Shown here piece by piece: positions 12,768 through 25,043 of a stretch of 64,000 nt of DNA. Source of the DNA: Leptogorgia sarmentosa. Its lineage: Eukaryota. Within the stretch, counting starts at the first letter, position 1. Each line of letters starts with the position of its first letter. Below the pieces are notes generated by a model. It searched no databases. It was not told the DNA's origin and saw only the letters and a list, made by a program, of their open reading frames with translations. Location: the NCBI GenBank assembly GCA_964658305.1, contig OZ210885.1, forward strand, positions 11,780,001 through 11,844,000, given 5' to 3'. Made by a program: the position numbers and the translations under genes.

Positions 12768-13440
12768 CTAACCCCAGTCTTTGTAATCTCTTGCTTTGCA
12801 ATAATCCGCTTTAAGACCCTCCTTATGCCATTTTCCTTCAGCTATTGCCTCACAAATTTGACACCAGTGACCAAATTTTCTGTCCCAATATTTTCCTATA
12901 ATTGTGTTACTTATATCACCCAGACCTTTCGTTTTCCATTCCAAAAATTTATTGTATTCCGTCTTATTGTTCATCAGGAACCTGAGGCGATCAGCCAAAT
13001 CATTGGGGGATTTGAAATCTCTGACATTCACAATAGCATTCTTTAGGTTTCCTGGCAAGAATTCATAAATTTTATCTGTACTCATGACTACCGGTACTGC
13101 ACCAGCATTCAATGCATGAAGAATTTGATCGTCAACGAAATAATCACAATCTTGGTTGAAGAATACGATAATAAATTTATAGGACCGTTCAAGATTTTTT
13201 TTAACTTCTTTAAAATTAGTACTGTAGCGCTTTGCTAAACCATTTTTGTTGTGTAAACAGCCACCATAGGAGTCGACTTTAATATATTTCATCAATTCTC
13301 TCAAGTAGGCCGTTCTCACTCGTTCGCAGTTACTAAATGAGGCCATAATACCTCCAGTTTTGTTTTCAAAAGCAATTGGGGGTTCTAGATTTGGTTTTTT
13401 GAATAGAGGTGTTGGAAAATCGGAATCCAGTCGATAACTT
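12768..13440 (-). CDS. Alpha-(1,3)-fucosyltransferase-like (GT10, FUT10/11-like) catalytic-domain exon; upstream exons not found
   Basis: The frame extends upstream of the ORF Met as SYRLDSDFPTP. Motifs SNC...R..YLRELMKYIKVDSYGGCL, YKF...N.DCDYF, GAVPVV, DF.SP..LA..L..L......Y..FLEWK. Confidence 0.8.
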
Positions 13441-13443
13441 CTT

Positions 13444-13878
13444 AGGGCCTGTTTATATGAGAGGCGGGACGGGACGTTTGCCGAGACGTAAACAAAGGCG
13501 GGACAATATCAAGGTCTCGCAAAATGCTTATTTTTCTCCGTCAACATTGATGTTAATAATTCATTCTATACTCGCATTTCACCGTACTTGAATGTTATTT
13601 TATGACCTCAACAAGAAGAGAGAAAATTGGGCCATATAATTGAAATTATTGTTGAAATAAAAAATTGACATTGTTCCGGTCAGGAGGGATGGAGCATTTA
13701 TATGGAAAAAATCGCCCCGCTTAAGGCGGGATCCCGCCTGACCGGGACGGGATGAAAAACGTCCCGGCTCCATATAAACAGATCATATTAATAATAGCAA
13801 AGAGTATAAAGGCCGGGATCCCGTTAAACGTCCGGTCCCGGCAAACATCCCGTACCGGCTCTCATATAAACAGCCCCT
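13444..13878. mobile_element. PIF/Harbinger-type MITE
   Basis: TIRs AGGGCCTGTTTATATGAGAG / CTCTCATATAAACAGCCCCT in a TTA/TAA context, with internal CGGGAC subterminal repeats. Confidence 0.85.
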
Positions 13879-14076
13879 AAAAATCTGCCAAGTACTAATA
13901 ACTGGAATAAACTTGAAAGTTCAAAATAACATTCTTCAACATCATCTACAACAGTTTGTTTTCATGTTTTCAGTACAACAGTCCGAATTTTTCGCTGCAA
14001 GCTGCGCGTCGTGCAGCAATCTTTTTTTTCCGTAGACAGTCGGACACCTCAGTGATGGTCGGGCATATCATTACAA

Positions 14077-14385
14077 GGCCGTGGGAAGCAAATATACATT
14101 GGGGGGGGGAGGGGGGGGGGGGAGGGGCTGGGGGGGGCTCGACAGAAGCCTCAGCACTAGGCGCAAAGCGTTCGCGCAGCTAGGGGTATGCCCCCCGTAG
14201 AAAATTTTGAAGTCTAGAACCCCCAAAAATATGATTTCCAGCGTTTTGGGAAGTACATTTTTTAGAATTCTGAAGATCAGGTTCGCATTTTTTCTAGACT
14301 GAGTGTTTTGTTTTGGCTTGTATGTACATGTAAAAATTATTGGGGGGGGCTCAAGCCCCCCCCCCAGCCACCCCCCCCCCCCCAT
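14077..14385. mobile_element. Degenerate hAT-type MITE with poly-G/poly-C subterminal tracts
   Basis: CAAGGCCGTGGGAAGC start and G/C runs, GGGGGGGCTCAAGCCCCCCC; the right TIR is not evident. Confidence 0.45.
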
Positions 14386-15175
14386 TATTGATTTTGATGA
14401 ATAAGATTTTGAATGTAAGACCTGGCAGCTTGAGCGGTTGGTGTAGTGGTAAGCATGCGGACTGATCCCCATATAAGGGCGTTATTTTTTTCGTCCGCTT
14501 TTTTCCATTCAGCCAAAGATATTTGAGCGATTTATTTTAAAATACAGCCGTACTTACGATTTTCTTTCAAAATGTTATTTATGTTCAAGGTTGGGGTCAG
14601 AATTGCCGTTTGGGTAAGTGTTAGTATTGTCAATTGATGTTTGATGTAGCACTTTTGAATGTTGGATGCGTTCAAATTTCTTGTGAGGCTCGGGAGGCTT
14701 GCGACATCCTGTAAAGTGGTTGAGGGCAAAGCCCGATTTTAATTAGTACCAGGCATGTCGGAATGAAATTGTTACTGGGTAAGGGTGACAGGGGTGGGGT
14801 GTTTGATTGCTGTCAGCTTAGATGGTCAGTGGTAACTATATTATTCCGTGGAAACAAGTCCTAGTTACCATTCCTCAAAATTAATTTGTTTACACTAGAC
14901 TCTGGGACCATCGGGGACAAGTACTTTGTATTGTCCTAGACCAACTAGCATACCTCATATTTTTTCACGTTTTTATTCCGTAATGACATACAATTCAATT
15001 TTCTATAACTACTTAAACATGATTAAATAAACTACCTAATCGATTCAAACAGATTCAACGTTCTGAACAGGAGTACGACATAGAGCTTTTACAAAAATCT
15101 TGCAGTTCCTAGCTAGCAGTTCTATAATTTCCATCCAATTTAAACTGAAGTAACTACGCATGGGTGAATTAAAAA

Positions 15176-18100
15176 TTAGATTCCGGTTTCTTCCTGCATT
15201 ACGTACACATCAGCGACTTGATTCAGATGAGCATAAGAACGATCATCGTATTCTTCCACACCAAACCTATTGAGTCCTGTATAGGACTGTTCATCATTAA
15301 CTTGCTCGTATGTGCTCGCGTTCATTCTCTCGGGATCGTCAGGAACGTTTTCTAAATTATTCCCGTTTTCTGTTGTTTTCTGTTCTGCCCCAGTAGTTGG
15401 TGATTTCAGACGGTTTTGATAAGCCAAATAAGCAACGAGAACAAGTGAAATGACGATCACTATAGCCAAGGAGGCAACAATTCCAACAAGATATCTTTCG
15501 GTACTGTCGTTTTTGTCACCTGAAATGATCACAAAATACTTTCTGACTGATACAAATATAAAACTACGACAACAATCTACGAAACGTCATGTTCCGAAAA
15601 TTTGAAATAGGATAACAGTTTAATTGTTGATTAGTGAGACGAGGGGTTTCTTCATGCATGCATTTTTAGTAATAAAATTATGTCTCATGTTACGAAATCG
15701 TCGCCCGGATTGATAAAAGTCTAATATTTGCAAAATTTACTCATGGAGGATGAACTCTAATGACATGAAAGTTATTGTTGAATTACCAAACTAATTTTTC
15801 TTACAACGCATTTTATGTATTCAGAGTAAATACGAAATTACTCGAAAAGCAAATACCTGTGTCTGTTCTTGAAGTAGAACTCCAGTCTGTGGAGTAATAA
15901 TCACCCTATATATCAAACAAGATGGCAATGGAATAGGGTTATCCAAAATTAGTTATTTCTGGCTACCCACGTTAACGTTACCAATGGAGAAGAAGCTACC
16001 TTATCATTTACAATAATCCTCTGAAAAATTTTATAACTGCTACCAGGCTCCAGTGCTCCGTTAAAATAATCATTCGTCGTTCGCGAAGCTGGATCATCTG
16101 TAATTCTTCCATCACCAAGTATAAATGCATTGTCATCAACACGACTGGACGTAACTACTGCCGCAACATAAGGTTTTGGTTTCGTTTTATTTTGCATCGC
16201 AGAATAAGTCACTAAATCAATGTCATCGTAAGTGTCTGGTGGGGCAATTGTTTGATCATCTGTTAATTTCAAAGCCACTACGTAGAAATACCTGTAGAAA
16301 ATTATGTATATTCAAATTGCTGTCAAACCATGAGAGCTAAAGAACGTCTTTGCTAGCACCTTCTAACATAATTTTGTCAAAAAATGTAAATATGATGAAA
16401 TCTTTATTGCATGTGAAGATATTATGAAAACTTTTAGTCAATTCTCAGAAACCTTAGTCATTTCAGGGACGTAAGAACTTGAGGTGCCATCATGGTTGGC
16501 GCCGAGCAGGGCCGGCCCTAGAACTTTATTCATATATTGGCGTTCTGCTAACTGATTTCTTTTGAAATCAGTTGTTTATGAATTAATTTAAAAAGAAATC
16601 TGTCTGAAAATACCAAAATAGGAATATTTACCCCAGCCCTACCCAATTAACCTTCTAGCGCAGGCCCTGGCGCCGAGGGAGAAAATTTTGAACATTAGAC
16701 AGGGTATACAAATGAAAGATGGTTGACTAAGGTACGGATTTAACATTTTTTCGGAAATCCAGGAATTTTTTGGTCGGGGGGCGGCCCTCCGAAACTGAAC
16801 CACGACCTCGATGCCCCCCTCGGTTGTTATAGTCATTTTAAGATAGTTTCAGTAGAAAGACGTGGTCATCAAAAATTTCTTTGAAGAGCACGCAAATATC
16901 GAATTTCCTTGCATTGACGTATTGACATTGGGATATAAGTAATTTTCTCAGATCACGAATTCTAGCCCCGTGCACATGTATCCTGATACGTTTGTATGCG
17001 CGAACATTTTCTAGCGGTTACGCAAAGCGACCACACGTATCCGGCAAATCCGCACACTGTAAACGCAAATTTTTGAAACCGGTCTCCAGAGTGGAAAGTT
17101 TTGAATACACAACGAACCCGGATACGTGTAGGCGCGGTGCACCGCAACCGTAACAATGTGAAACCACAACAATTTGAAACCGATGACGTAATCGATGAAA
17201 ATTGATATTCCCCCACATTAAAGTGTAGAGTTCAGTCCATTTCGAATTTATACTCACGAGTGCGTTGTCTATGAGTTATTACAGCAAAATGGCTCCGAAC
17301 AGACAAGCTGTTCTTACAATTTTAACCTGGATAATTTCCAGTATTATCGCCAAGATTAATTTAAAAATTGCAATGTTAAGTTACAAGGCTGACTATGAAA
17401 GGATGAGAGCGACCTAAGTAGCTACCGCTTTGGTCAGTGTCAATTGTCGCGAAACGTCTCAACGAAAGGCGCCAACCACGACCTCGAAGGTTTTCGGTCG
17501 GATCTGGACGAACAAGTGTTTGGTAGATTCTTTTGTCAACCAAATGGTCATCATCTGTGCATACGAAAGACCTGCTCTTCCTTTTTTCTTTATTTCATTT
17601 ATATTTTCTACTGTTTTAATCTTGAATTCGATATCTTTCCATACACAACACTGAATAGTAAATATTACAATAAATATAACACGTGTCACACCGACAGCAT
17701 CGCGGGCTCAACACGCGCGATAGCGCATGCTTTGTAAGCAAAGCTGACGTATTCTCATCGTTTTCGTGGATACGTTTGGTCGCTCGAATCCGAGTACGCA
17801 TAATTTTTCGTAACGGCGAGAAAATGTTTGTGGATACATTGATACAAATGTATCCAGATACGTGTAGATGGAGCCTCATTTCTGCAGTGGAATTCTTAGA
17901 ACATTAATATAACACTTACAAAAACGATTTCCTCGGTATTTCCAAAGAAAAGGTAAGCGTTCTGGATGTCTGATCCAAGTGCTGTGCTGAGTCTGTGAGA
18001 TGATAAGGTGAACATATAAAGTTTAAAATTTAGCGGAGGGTCGAATTAACCTACCGGTTGTTAATCTATATTCTGGAGATTACATACAGTGAGTTCTTTA

Positions 18101-20262
18101 TATTTCTATTCTATTTTGCGGGTCTTATGATTAATCGGCTGCAAATTCCTCAAGATTTCTCTCGATTTCATACGCCGTATACGGACGTAAACTTTAGTCG
18201 TATCGTGTGCATGGGCCTTTATATTTATTCAATATATTTTGGAATGCCAGTCCATAATTGATTTTATTAATTTTTTTGTGCAGTTATCAGACCTAAAAAC
18301 TTACTTAATGATACAACTTTTTCATGTACAACATCAGGGCCGTAGCGAGGGGGGGGTATTGGGGGGTGGCTAACCCCCCCAACTTTTCTAGAATTAACAT
18401 ATTCGGAAAATCGGGTTGGCCATTCGGAAAATTACGGAAATAAAAGTATAACGAAATCTTAATTTTTAAACAGAGAAAATATTACAGAAAGAGTCAGTAT
18501 AAACTGATTTACGAAATCATGGCATTTACATGGATAACAATCAGGGGCGTAGCGAGCGGGGGGTAAATGAATTGCGGTCGGTTTTGAAGCCAAAGCAGTC
18601 GGTATATTTTCAATTTATGTCATTAAATCACAGAGAGAGCAGAAAAGTAAAATATGTAAAAGTATATGTCTGTTGTCTATGTCCGTGTGCGATTAGTTCG
18701 CAAGCTGTGGTTGTACAACATCTAAGACCTCTATAGTCTATACTCTATTCTGAGTGTTAAGGCTTTGGTTAACACTCTGAAATGGCCGTTTCCGGCGATC
18801 TAGAGGCCCCCCCTATCGGAATGGCTTCGCTACGCCACTGATAACAATTTAAAAATCGTAAATCGGTAAATCCGGTTTTTCGGTTTGTTACCTCTGTAAT
18901 ATGTCTATGCGTAAGATATGCGTATTTTATTTTTATTGTTTGTATTTGGTCAATAATTGACTTAATTCTCTCAAAAAACCCTTAGAAACTTTAAATCTGG
19001 TAATTTTTATCTGTGCGGATAATAACGTAAATTGTAGCATTTAACCAGCGAAAAAGATATTACTGACAGTGTGGACATAGACATGCTAGTTGATAAATGG
19101 TTTATGAAAACTAACCGAAGAGTAAATTTGTGACATTTGTCATGTCTGCATGAATGGCGTTTTCATTACGTGGCGACTAATAAAAAACGGCTTTCATTAA
19201 TATCTATATAATTTATTGCTTCGTCCGGATAGTAAACACATTCGTGGCTTCGGTATGCCATGAAATATTCGGAAAATTTTTTTGTCATTCGGAAATTTTT
19301 GGCCTACACCCCCCCCCCCCCCCCCCCCCCCAACTATAAATGTTTAGCTACGGCCCTGACAACATTTAAACCAATCGATCGAATCAATAGAAACGACGTG
19401 TGAATCAGTGTTGCGTAGATAACAAAAAACATGTCTACTTACTTCCATTCGTTAGAAATTCTTGACTTTCACTATAGTTTCCAGAACCGACTTTAGTGCT
19501 TGCGAGAACACGAACATAGTATCTTGTTGATGCATTCAAATTCCCAGAAAACCACTTTCGTTCACTTGTGATAAATGTCTGAAAGCAAGGACCAGATTCT
19601 GAATGTGAAATACAGCCTGTATAACTTGCAATGGCGCCATTTCTTCTGGCTTTCTCAGGAGGTTGCCATGTGATAGACAATGATGTAGCACTTCGTGATA
19701 TTGTTTCGATGCTCAATGGAGCACCACTTGGAGCTAAACAAATAATATTCGACGTCTTTGATGAAAGTCTTTTTTCTAATTGTTTACCAATGCTCATGTT
19801 TTAAATCGAAGCAGACCAAAGACTTTTTTCATTAAAATGAGACGGTCAACAAAAATTTCGACCATCTCCAACAACATTGATATTTTGGGCAAATCTTTGA
19901 AACAGGAATACAGCTTTTCTGAGTCTGTCTCTCTCTCACTGTCTCTCTCTAATATAAAATAATTCTGCCCCATTCCAACTTCGAACTTCAACGTGATTTT
20001 CTTTGTTTTTTTCTCAACAATTAAAATCAGCTGTTTAATTGGGACCTTCGACGTTCAACACGTTTCCTATGATATGCCAATTTGATGTATAAAACAGCTT
20101 TACATTCTTAGCCTATTTATTCAGTTTTAGTTTTTTCAACAGTCTTTAATTGTATCACTTACCTACTTCAGATGTACGAAATGATGTAATGGTAGATTCT
20201 TCACTAAACCATAAAAATTTCCAGAAGTTACGGATATATACTTCATATTCAGTGAAAGGATT
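15176..20262 (-). CDS. 5'-truncated multi-exon single-pass receptor: FN3 repeats, RPTP-type juxtamembrane domain, TM helix, Tyr-motif tail, no phosphatase domain
   Basis: Six exons with GT-AG junctions and matching phases: <20262-20163, 19733-19443 (FN3: APSGAP...W.PP...NG.I..Y...L.ASTRY.VRV.A), 17992-17920, 16291-16000 (PYVAA...FILGDG...YFNGALEPGSSY), 15905-15857, 15519-15176 (TM YLVGIVASLAIVIVISLVLVAYLAY, then stop). About 382 aa with no stops. Confidence 0.85.
16507..16669. mobile_element. hAT-type MITE with 8-bp TSD, nested in an older MITE (about 16463-16820)
   Basis: CAGGGCC...GGCCCTG flanked by GCGCCGAG on both sides. An uninterrupted version of the host motif (CATGGTTGGCGCCGAGxGAGAAAATTTT) occurs near 56572-56600. 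Confidence 0.8.
16964..17876. mobile_element. Non-autonomous Harbinger-like element in an intron
   Basis: Degenerate TIRs AGCCCCGTGCACATGTATCC...GATACGTGTAGATGGAGCCT with repeated CGTATCC/GGATACG subterminal motifs. Confidence 0.65.
18335..19358. mobile_element. hAT-type MITE
   Basis: TIR CAGGGCCGTAGC / GCTACGGCCCTG; flanking direct repeat ACAACAT (7 bp). Confidence 0.8.
18542..18840. mobile_element. hAT-type MITE nested in the preceding MITE
   Basis: TIR CAGGGGCGTAGCGA / TCGCTACGCCACTG; exact 8-bp TSD ATAACAAT. Confidence 0.85.
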
Positions 20263-22585
20263 ATGATCCTGAGTTGGAAAGCGAACAGTCCAGCGTGGAG
20301 ACAGAGAATACCTTTGCCAAACAGCAACTTGGTGCACCAACTGATCCGGAGTCAAGTCTTCTCGGCTTGTCCTCGAACAAGGAAGCGGATGAGTTCAGTG
20401 TTGTGGTCCCCGAGATGAAACCGAACGTGACTAATAGAGAACTTTTGAGCAATCTAGCAAGCATTTACGATCCCTTGGGCCTTGTAGCACCTGTGACACT
20501 CAAGGGCAAGACAATCTAGTGAGAAACTTGCAAGGCAAAAACAGCGTGGGATGCATCACTTAGAGAACCACAAGCAGCAGAATATGGTCGATGGGTAAGG
20601 GAGCTGCCTAGACATGTAACTGTACCGAGAGTCTCGACAACTCAGGGCGAAGCTGTAGAAGAAATTGAGCTGCACACATTTGGGGATGCAAGCGGGAAAG
20701 GAGTTTGTGCAGCCCTCTATGCAATTGTGAAACAAGGTGACGAAACTAAAGTGGGTCTAGTCGCTGCCAGAGCAAGATTAGCTAAACAGGACTTGAGCAT
20801 ACCTCGCCTCGAACTTGTTTCCGCCCATATGGCAACAAATCTAATGAAGAATGTTCAACAAGCGCTTGAGGGAATGCCTGTTACGGGAACCTACGGATGG
20901 TTAGACAGCACGGTAGCGTTGCAGTGGTTAAAAGGGGGGAGGAGAATATAAGCAATTTGTGGCAAATCGGGTGAGAAACATTCAAGCTTGCCCAGAGATA
21001 TTTTGGCGTCATGTCCCAAGTCAAGACAACCCCGCTGACCTGGGTAGTCGGGGAGGGCAGGTAACTGGAAATCTACTGTGGTGGAAAGGACCTCCGTGGT
21101 TCAGTAATCAGAGGGAGTGGCCGAGAGATATAGTAACAACTGCAACCCATGAAAGCGAAGCCGAAGCCAAAGCGACTAGAGCAGTGTTCAAGTTAGCTGT
21201 AGAACCAACCAACCCACCTGATGAAATTTTGACAAAGGTTTCCCTAAACAAAGCAGTAAGAAAAAACGCATGGATTTCTCGATTTGTGTATAATTGTCGA
21301 GCGAAAGCAATTAGGAAAGAGACACGGTCGGGGCCATTGACAACACAAGAGATAAACCACCAACACCGCGCTTATGTAAAGCAAGCCCAAGCAATTCTAG
21401 ACGACAAAGTGAGCGACGATAAGCAACGCCTGGGTGTGCAAATGAATGAAGAGGGTATCCTCGTGTGCAAAGGTCGGTTGCAAGGTCAGTACCCCGTATT
21501 TTTACCGGACAGTCATCTTTACACCACTAAACTCGTAGAAGATGCGCATCAACGCACTTTACACGGGGGAGTCGGGCTCACTATGGCCAAGGTTAGAGAG
21601 AACGTTTGGGTGCCAAAACTGAGACAACTTGTAAAGAAGACCGTAAAGGGATGCCACGGGTGTCGTCGATTTCATACTAAGCCAGTTAGTAAACCACCTC
21701 CAGGAAACTTGCCCGTAGACCGAACAGAAGGTGATCGTCCGTTTCAGGTCGTAGGCGTCGATTTCGCCGGCCCCATCAAGTATCGCGTCACCAAGAAGAC
21801 GGAAGGAAAGGCATATATAACCCTCTACGCATGTAGTCTAACGCGAGCCCTCTATCTAGAGTTAACCTCGAGCATAGAAACCGATGAATTTATCCCTACC
21901 CTCAAGCGACTTATCACGAGGAAAGGCAGACCGGAAAAGATTTATTCCGACAATGCAAAGACCTTCGTTGCGGCAGCCAAGTGGTTGAAGAAGGCACAGC
22001 GAGATGAAAAATTCAATCGTTTCCTGGCCAACGAAAAAATAAAATGGCAGTTCAATTTAAGTCGGGCCCCCTGGTGGGGGGGGGGGCAATTTGAACGTAT
22101 GGTCGGCTTGGTCAAGGCCGCGTTGTACAAGTCTGTTGGGAATGGCTTCTTAACCAAGAAAGAACTCGAAGATGTCCTTCTAGACATTGAAATAACACTG
22201 AACAACAGACCTCCAGGGTACCAAGAAGATTAAAAATGCCAACATTGACACCGAACAGTTTGCAGTTTGTTAGATCGACCCACCTTCCGGAACCCGAACA
22301 TTACCACGAAGCCGATCCTGACCTACGTAAACGCGCGAAGTACCTGAAGAAATGTAAACATCACATGTGGAACAGGTGGACGAAAGAGTACCTACGAGCC
22401 TTACGAGAACGACATAATTTAAAACATAATACGAAGCCATTCAGCCTAGCTGTGGGAGATGTGGTCATAATTCATGCTGAAGAGCGCAATAGAGGAAAGT
22501 GGCCGCTCGGAATAGTTCAGGAACTTTACCCAGGAAGAGACGGGGTCATTCGAGCAGCCAAAATCAAGACGGGAAACGGTCATTT
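20263..22585 (+). mobile_element. Degenerate BEL/Pao pol fragment (end of RT, RNase H, integrase), no LTRs
   Basis: LASIYDPLG, FGDASG, IPRLEL, WLDSTVAL, NPADLGSRG, HGGV, VDFAGP, SDNAKTF, WWGG.FER, RGKWPLG, with stops and frameshifts. Confidence 0.9.
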
Positions 22586-22621
22586 TATCTTCCAGGCCAA
22601 AATTTTAAAGACTTTGCATAA

Positions 22622-22703
22622 CGTAGTCGGCAGGATTTGAACCTGCGCGGGAAACTCCCAACAGATTTCTAGTCTGTGGCCTTAACCGCTCGGCCACGAC
22701 TAC
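22622..22703 (-). tRNA. trnS-AGA: tRNA-Ser(AGA)
   Basis: GTAGTCGTGGCCGAGCGGTTAAGGC-C-ACAGA CT AGA AA TCTGT-long variable arm-GCAGGTTCAAATCCTGCCGACTACG; 82 nt. Confidence 0.88.
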
Positions 22704-23532
22704 GTTGCTACAACCAACCGATTTCACGTTGTTCATTAATGAACATTCACATCCATCTTCAACTGACCTACACTCTCTCAGCGCTACACTCTGGCCCGGG
22801 TTCGATTCCCGGTGTGGGAATTTTTTTCTGACAATTTCTATATTTGGAACAGTTTGTCTTCACATATTCGAACTCGCCGGAGACTGGGATTAGATTCCCT
22901 GCTAACGCAGAATATTATCATTCTGACGAGGTTAAATTTTAAATGCAACACGAGAAAAACGTAGATTTGTAGCACAGACATAATCTTATAATTTTATCCG
23001 GGAAAGTAAAATTAATATTTTCTGATATCACCGTCACTTATGAAAACTATTTGATGGCCGCAAACTATTTGATTGTGCACAGACTTTTTACATTGGTTTA
23101 TTAAGTCTTGATTTTTACTCATTATAAATTTATTGGGAAAATGAGCTTTTAACAGAATATCCCTTTAGGAATTAATTTTACAAGCTCGTCTTCGCATTAA
23201 TTTCGTTCTTGGATCAATTTGTTTCAATCAACTCTGGCGTATGGTAACGTGACGGAGCATTTTCAATTAATAAAATAACTAGTTCTCTTTCGCTTTCATT
23301 CCTTTTGTAATTAAAATAACTAGTTCTCTTTCGCTTTCATTTTGTTCTTAGATCAATTTCTGTCAATTAACTCCAAATTGGAAAATGGACGGTGAAAGAA
23401 AATGGTAATAAATTTGGCGACCTTAAAATAACCTTTAAATCTTCTGTCTTTCTTTCACACCAAAAGGCATCTCTTCAAAAGGCGTGGATATTTAGTAAAG
23501 GGAAATCATTTAATAGATACGTTTAAGGTTAA

Positions 23533-23616
23533 GGTGGTGTGCCCGCAAGTCGCCTAAGGCACTGGTCTCAGGCACCTGTAATTTCGATGACGTGGGTTCG
23601 AATCCCACCGCTGCCA
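23533..23616 (+). pseudogene. tRNA-Leu pseudogene (CAG loop)
   Basis: 3' half identical to Leu(TAG) at 39366-39447; D-arm and anticodon stem degenerate. Confidence 0.75.
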
Positions 23617-23989
23617 AATTTTCGTTGTTCAAGGACGTTGTGGTTTATTGAGCTGATATAAGTTTCAAAAAGTGATGCTTCTCATCCACATTTTGTGAAA
23701 ACTCGTAATTTTATACAGATAAAAGAAAGAGTAAAAATGATTTTTTCTGATATCACCCTCTTTTGGTCGAAACTATTTGATAACCACCAACTATTTGATC
23801 ATGGGCAGAGTTTTTGCATTGTATTCTAAATTCTTGATCATTCTTCGCTCTTTTATAATTTTACTCCCCGCTAACTCAGAATATTTTCATTATGTTGCAT
23901 TTCAATTTTAATTGCAACACGATAAGAAAGAGATTGTGTTCACATGTTTAAACTCATTCTACGAAAGCAAACGAGTTCAACACAGCCAC

Positions 23990-24062
23990 GACCTTGTGGC
24001 GCAATTGGTAGCGCGTCTGACTCCAGATCAGAAGGTTAAGTGTTCAATTCACTTCAAGGTCA
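23990..24062 (+). tRNA. trnW-CCA: tRNA-Trp(CCA)
   Basis: GACCTTG/CAAGGTC acceptor stem; TCTGA CT CCA GA TCAGA; AAGTG TTCAATT CACTT T-arm. Confidence 0.9.
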
Positions 24063-24200
24063 AGCACTTCTGGCCGCAGAAATTTTGGGATCACTTTAAG
24101 GCTTGGTTACCAAGCACTGATCTATATTTTTCACTTGACACATTTTATCGTTGAGAATATTATATGCGCAATTCTGACTCTGAACACAAAATATTGTTTT

Positions 24201-24962
24201 TTATTTTTTTGTAAATCAGCAGCGGGCGGAATCCTAGCGTTTTCTGCAATCTGATTGGCTGCAGCAGTGGACGGAATTTTACGATATCTTGACCACGGTC
24301 CGGAATCATAAAGCCGTAATGGCCGAAGCAAATAAAATATCCTTTGCATGTTTGTTTTAATGGCAAAAAATGCAATATATATCGAAAATCTGCAGTTTAT
24401 TCTGACTTAAATTCATCCTTTTTAATAAAATACTATGACCAGTTGATTTACATATTAAGTTTAAAGTTAATTTCTCTTCTATATTTTTAGAAATAATTTT
24501 TAGAAATAATTTTTAGTACGAAGAAACATTTTCGGCGAAATATTTTATTATTTCGTATTAAAGCATATTTAACCGTGTTTTTATCGTGTAATGTAAAAGA
24601 AGATAAATAATTTCAATAAATTTACCTTTTTGATTGTCATGTTCAGTGAAAATGCAGCAATTGTACTAAAACTGAAGGGTTTTTTTACCGCCTTTACTGT
24701 TTGGCAGCCATACTTGCGATAGAGTAACAAAGTTAACAAACACAACTGATCTCAAATCTAGTTCGCAACACTGGAATTTCTTATGAGTTTTATTATAGCA
24801 TTGCGCAGCAAAAAAATAAATCCGTTATTTACAGTTTAGGTCGGTCCGTACTGGAAAATATTTATCTCGGTCTCAAAAACGTCCCTCGGCCTTCGGCCTC
24901 GGGCCGCTTTTAAGACCTCGACAAAATATTTTTCTATCCGGACTTCCCAGCCGGTAAATAAC
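24201..24962. mobile_element. Crypton-like non-autonomous element with a long terminal hairpin
   Basis: CTGATTGGCTG motif near the left end; imperfect hairpin at about 24826-24961 centred on CTCGGCCTTCGGCCTCGGG. It is absent from the paralogous Trp-Glu spacer (26443-26538). Confidence 0.55.
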
Positions 24963-24971
24963 ATGTATTTC

Positions 24972-25043
24972 TCCCATGTGGTTCAGTGGTCAGGATCTGG
25001 CGCTCTCACCGCCAAGGCCCAGGTTCGATTCCCGGCGTGGGAA
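24972..25043 (+). tRNA. trnE-CTC: tRNA-Glu(CTC), one T-stem mismatch
   Basis: TCCCATG acceptor; TGGCG CT CTC AC CGCCA; GGTTCGATTCC. Confidence 0.75.

Noticed and set aside
13900..14730. Possible missing N-terminal fucosyltransferase exons
   Set aside because: The minus-strand frames I translated show no GT10 or TM features; identity unresolved.
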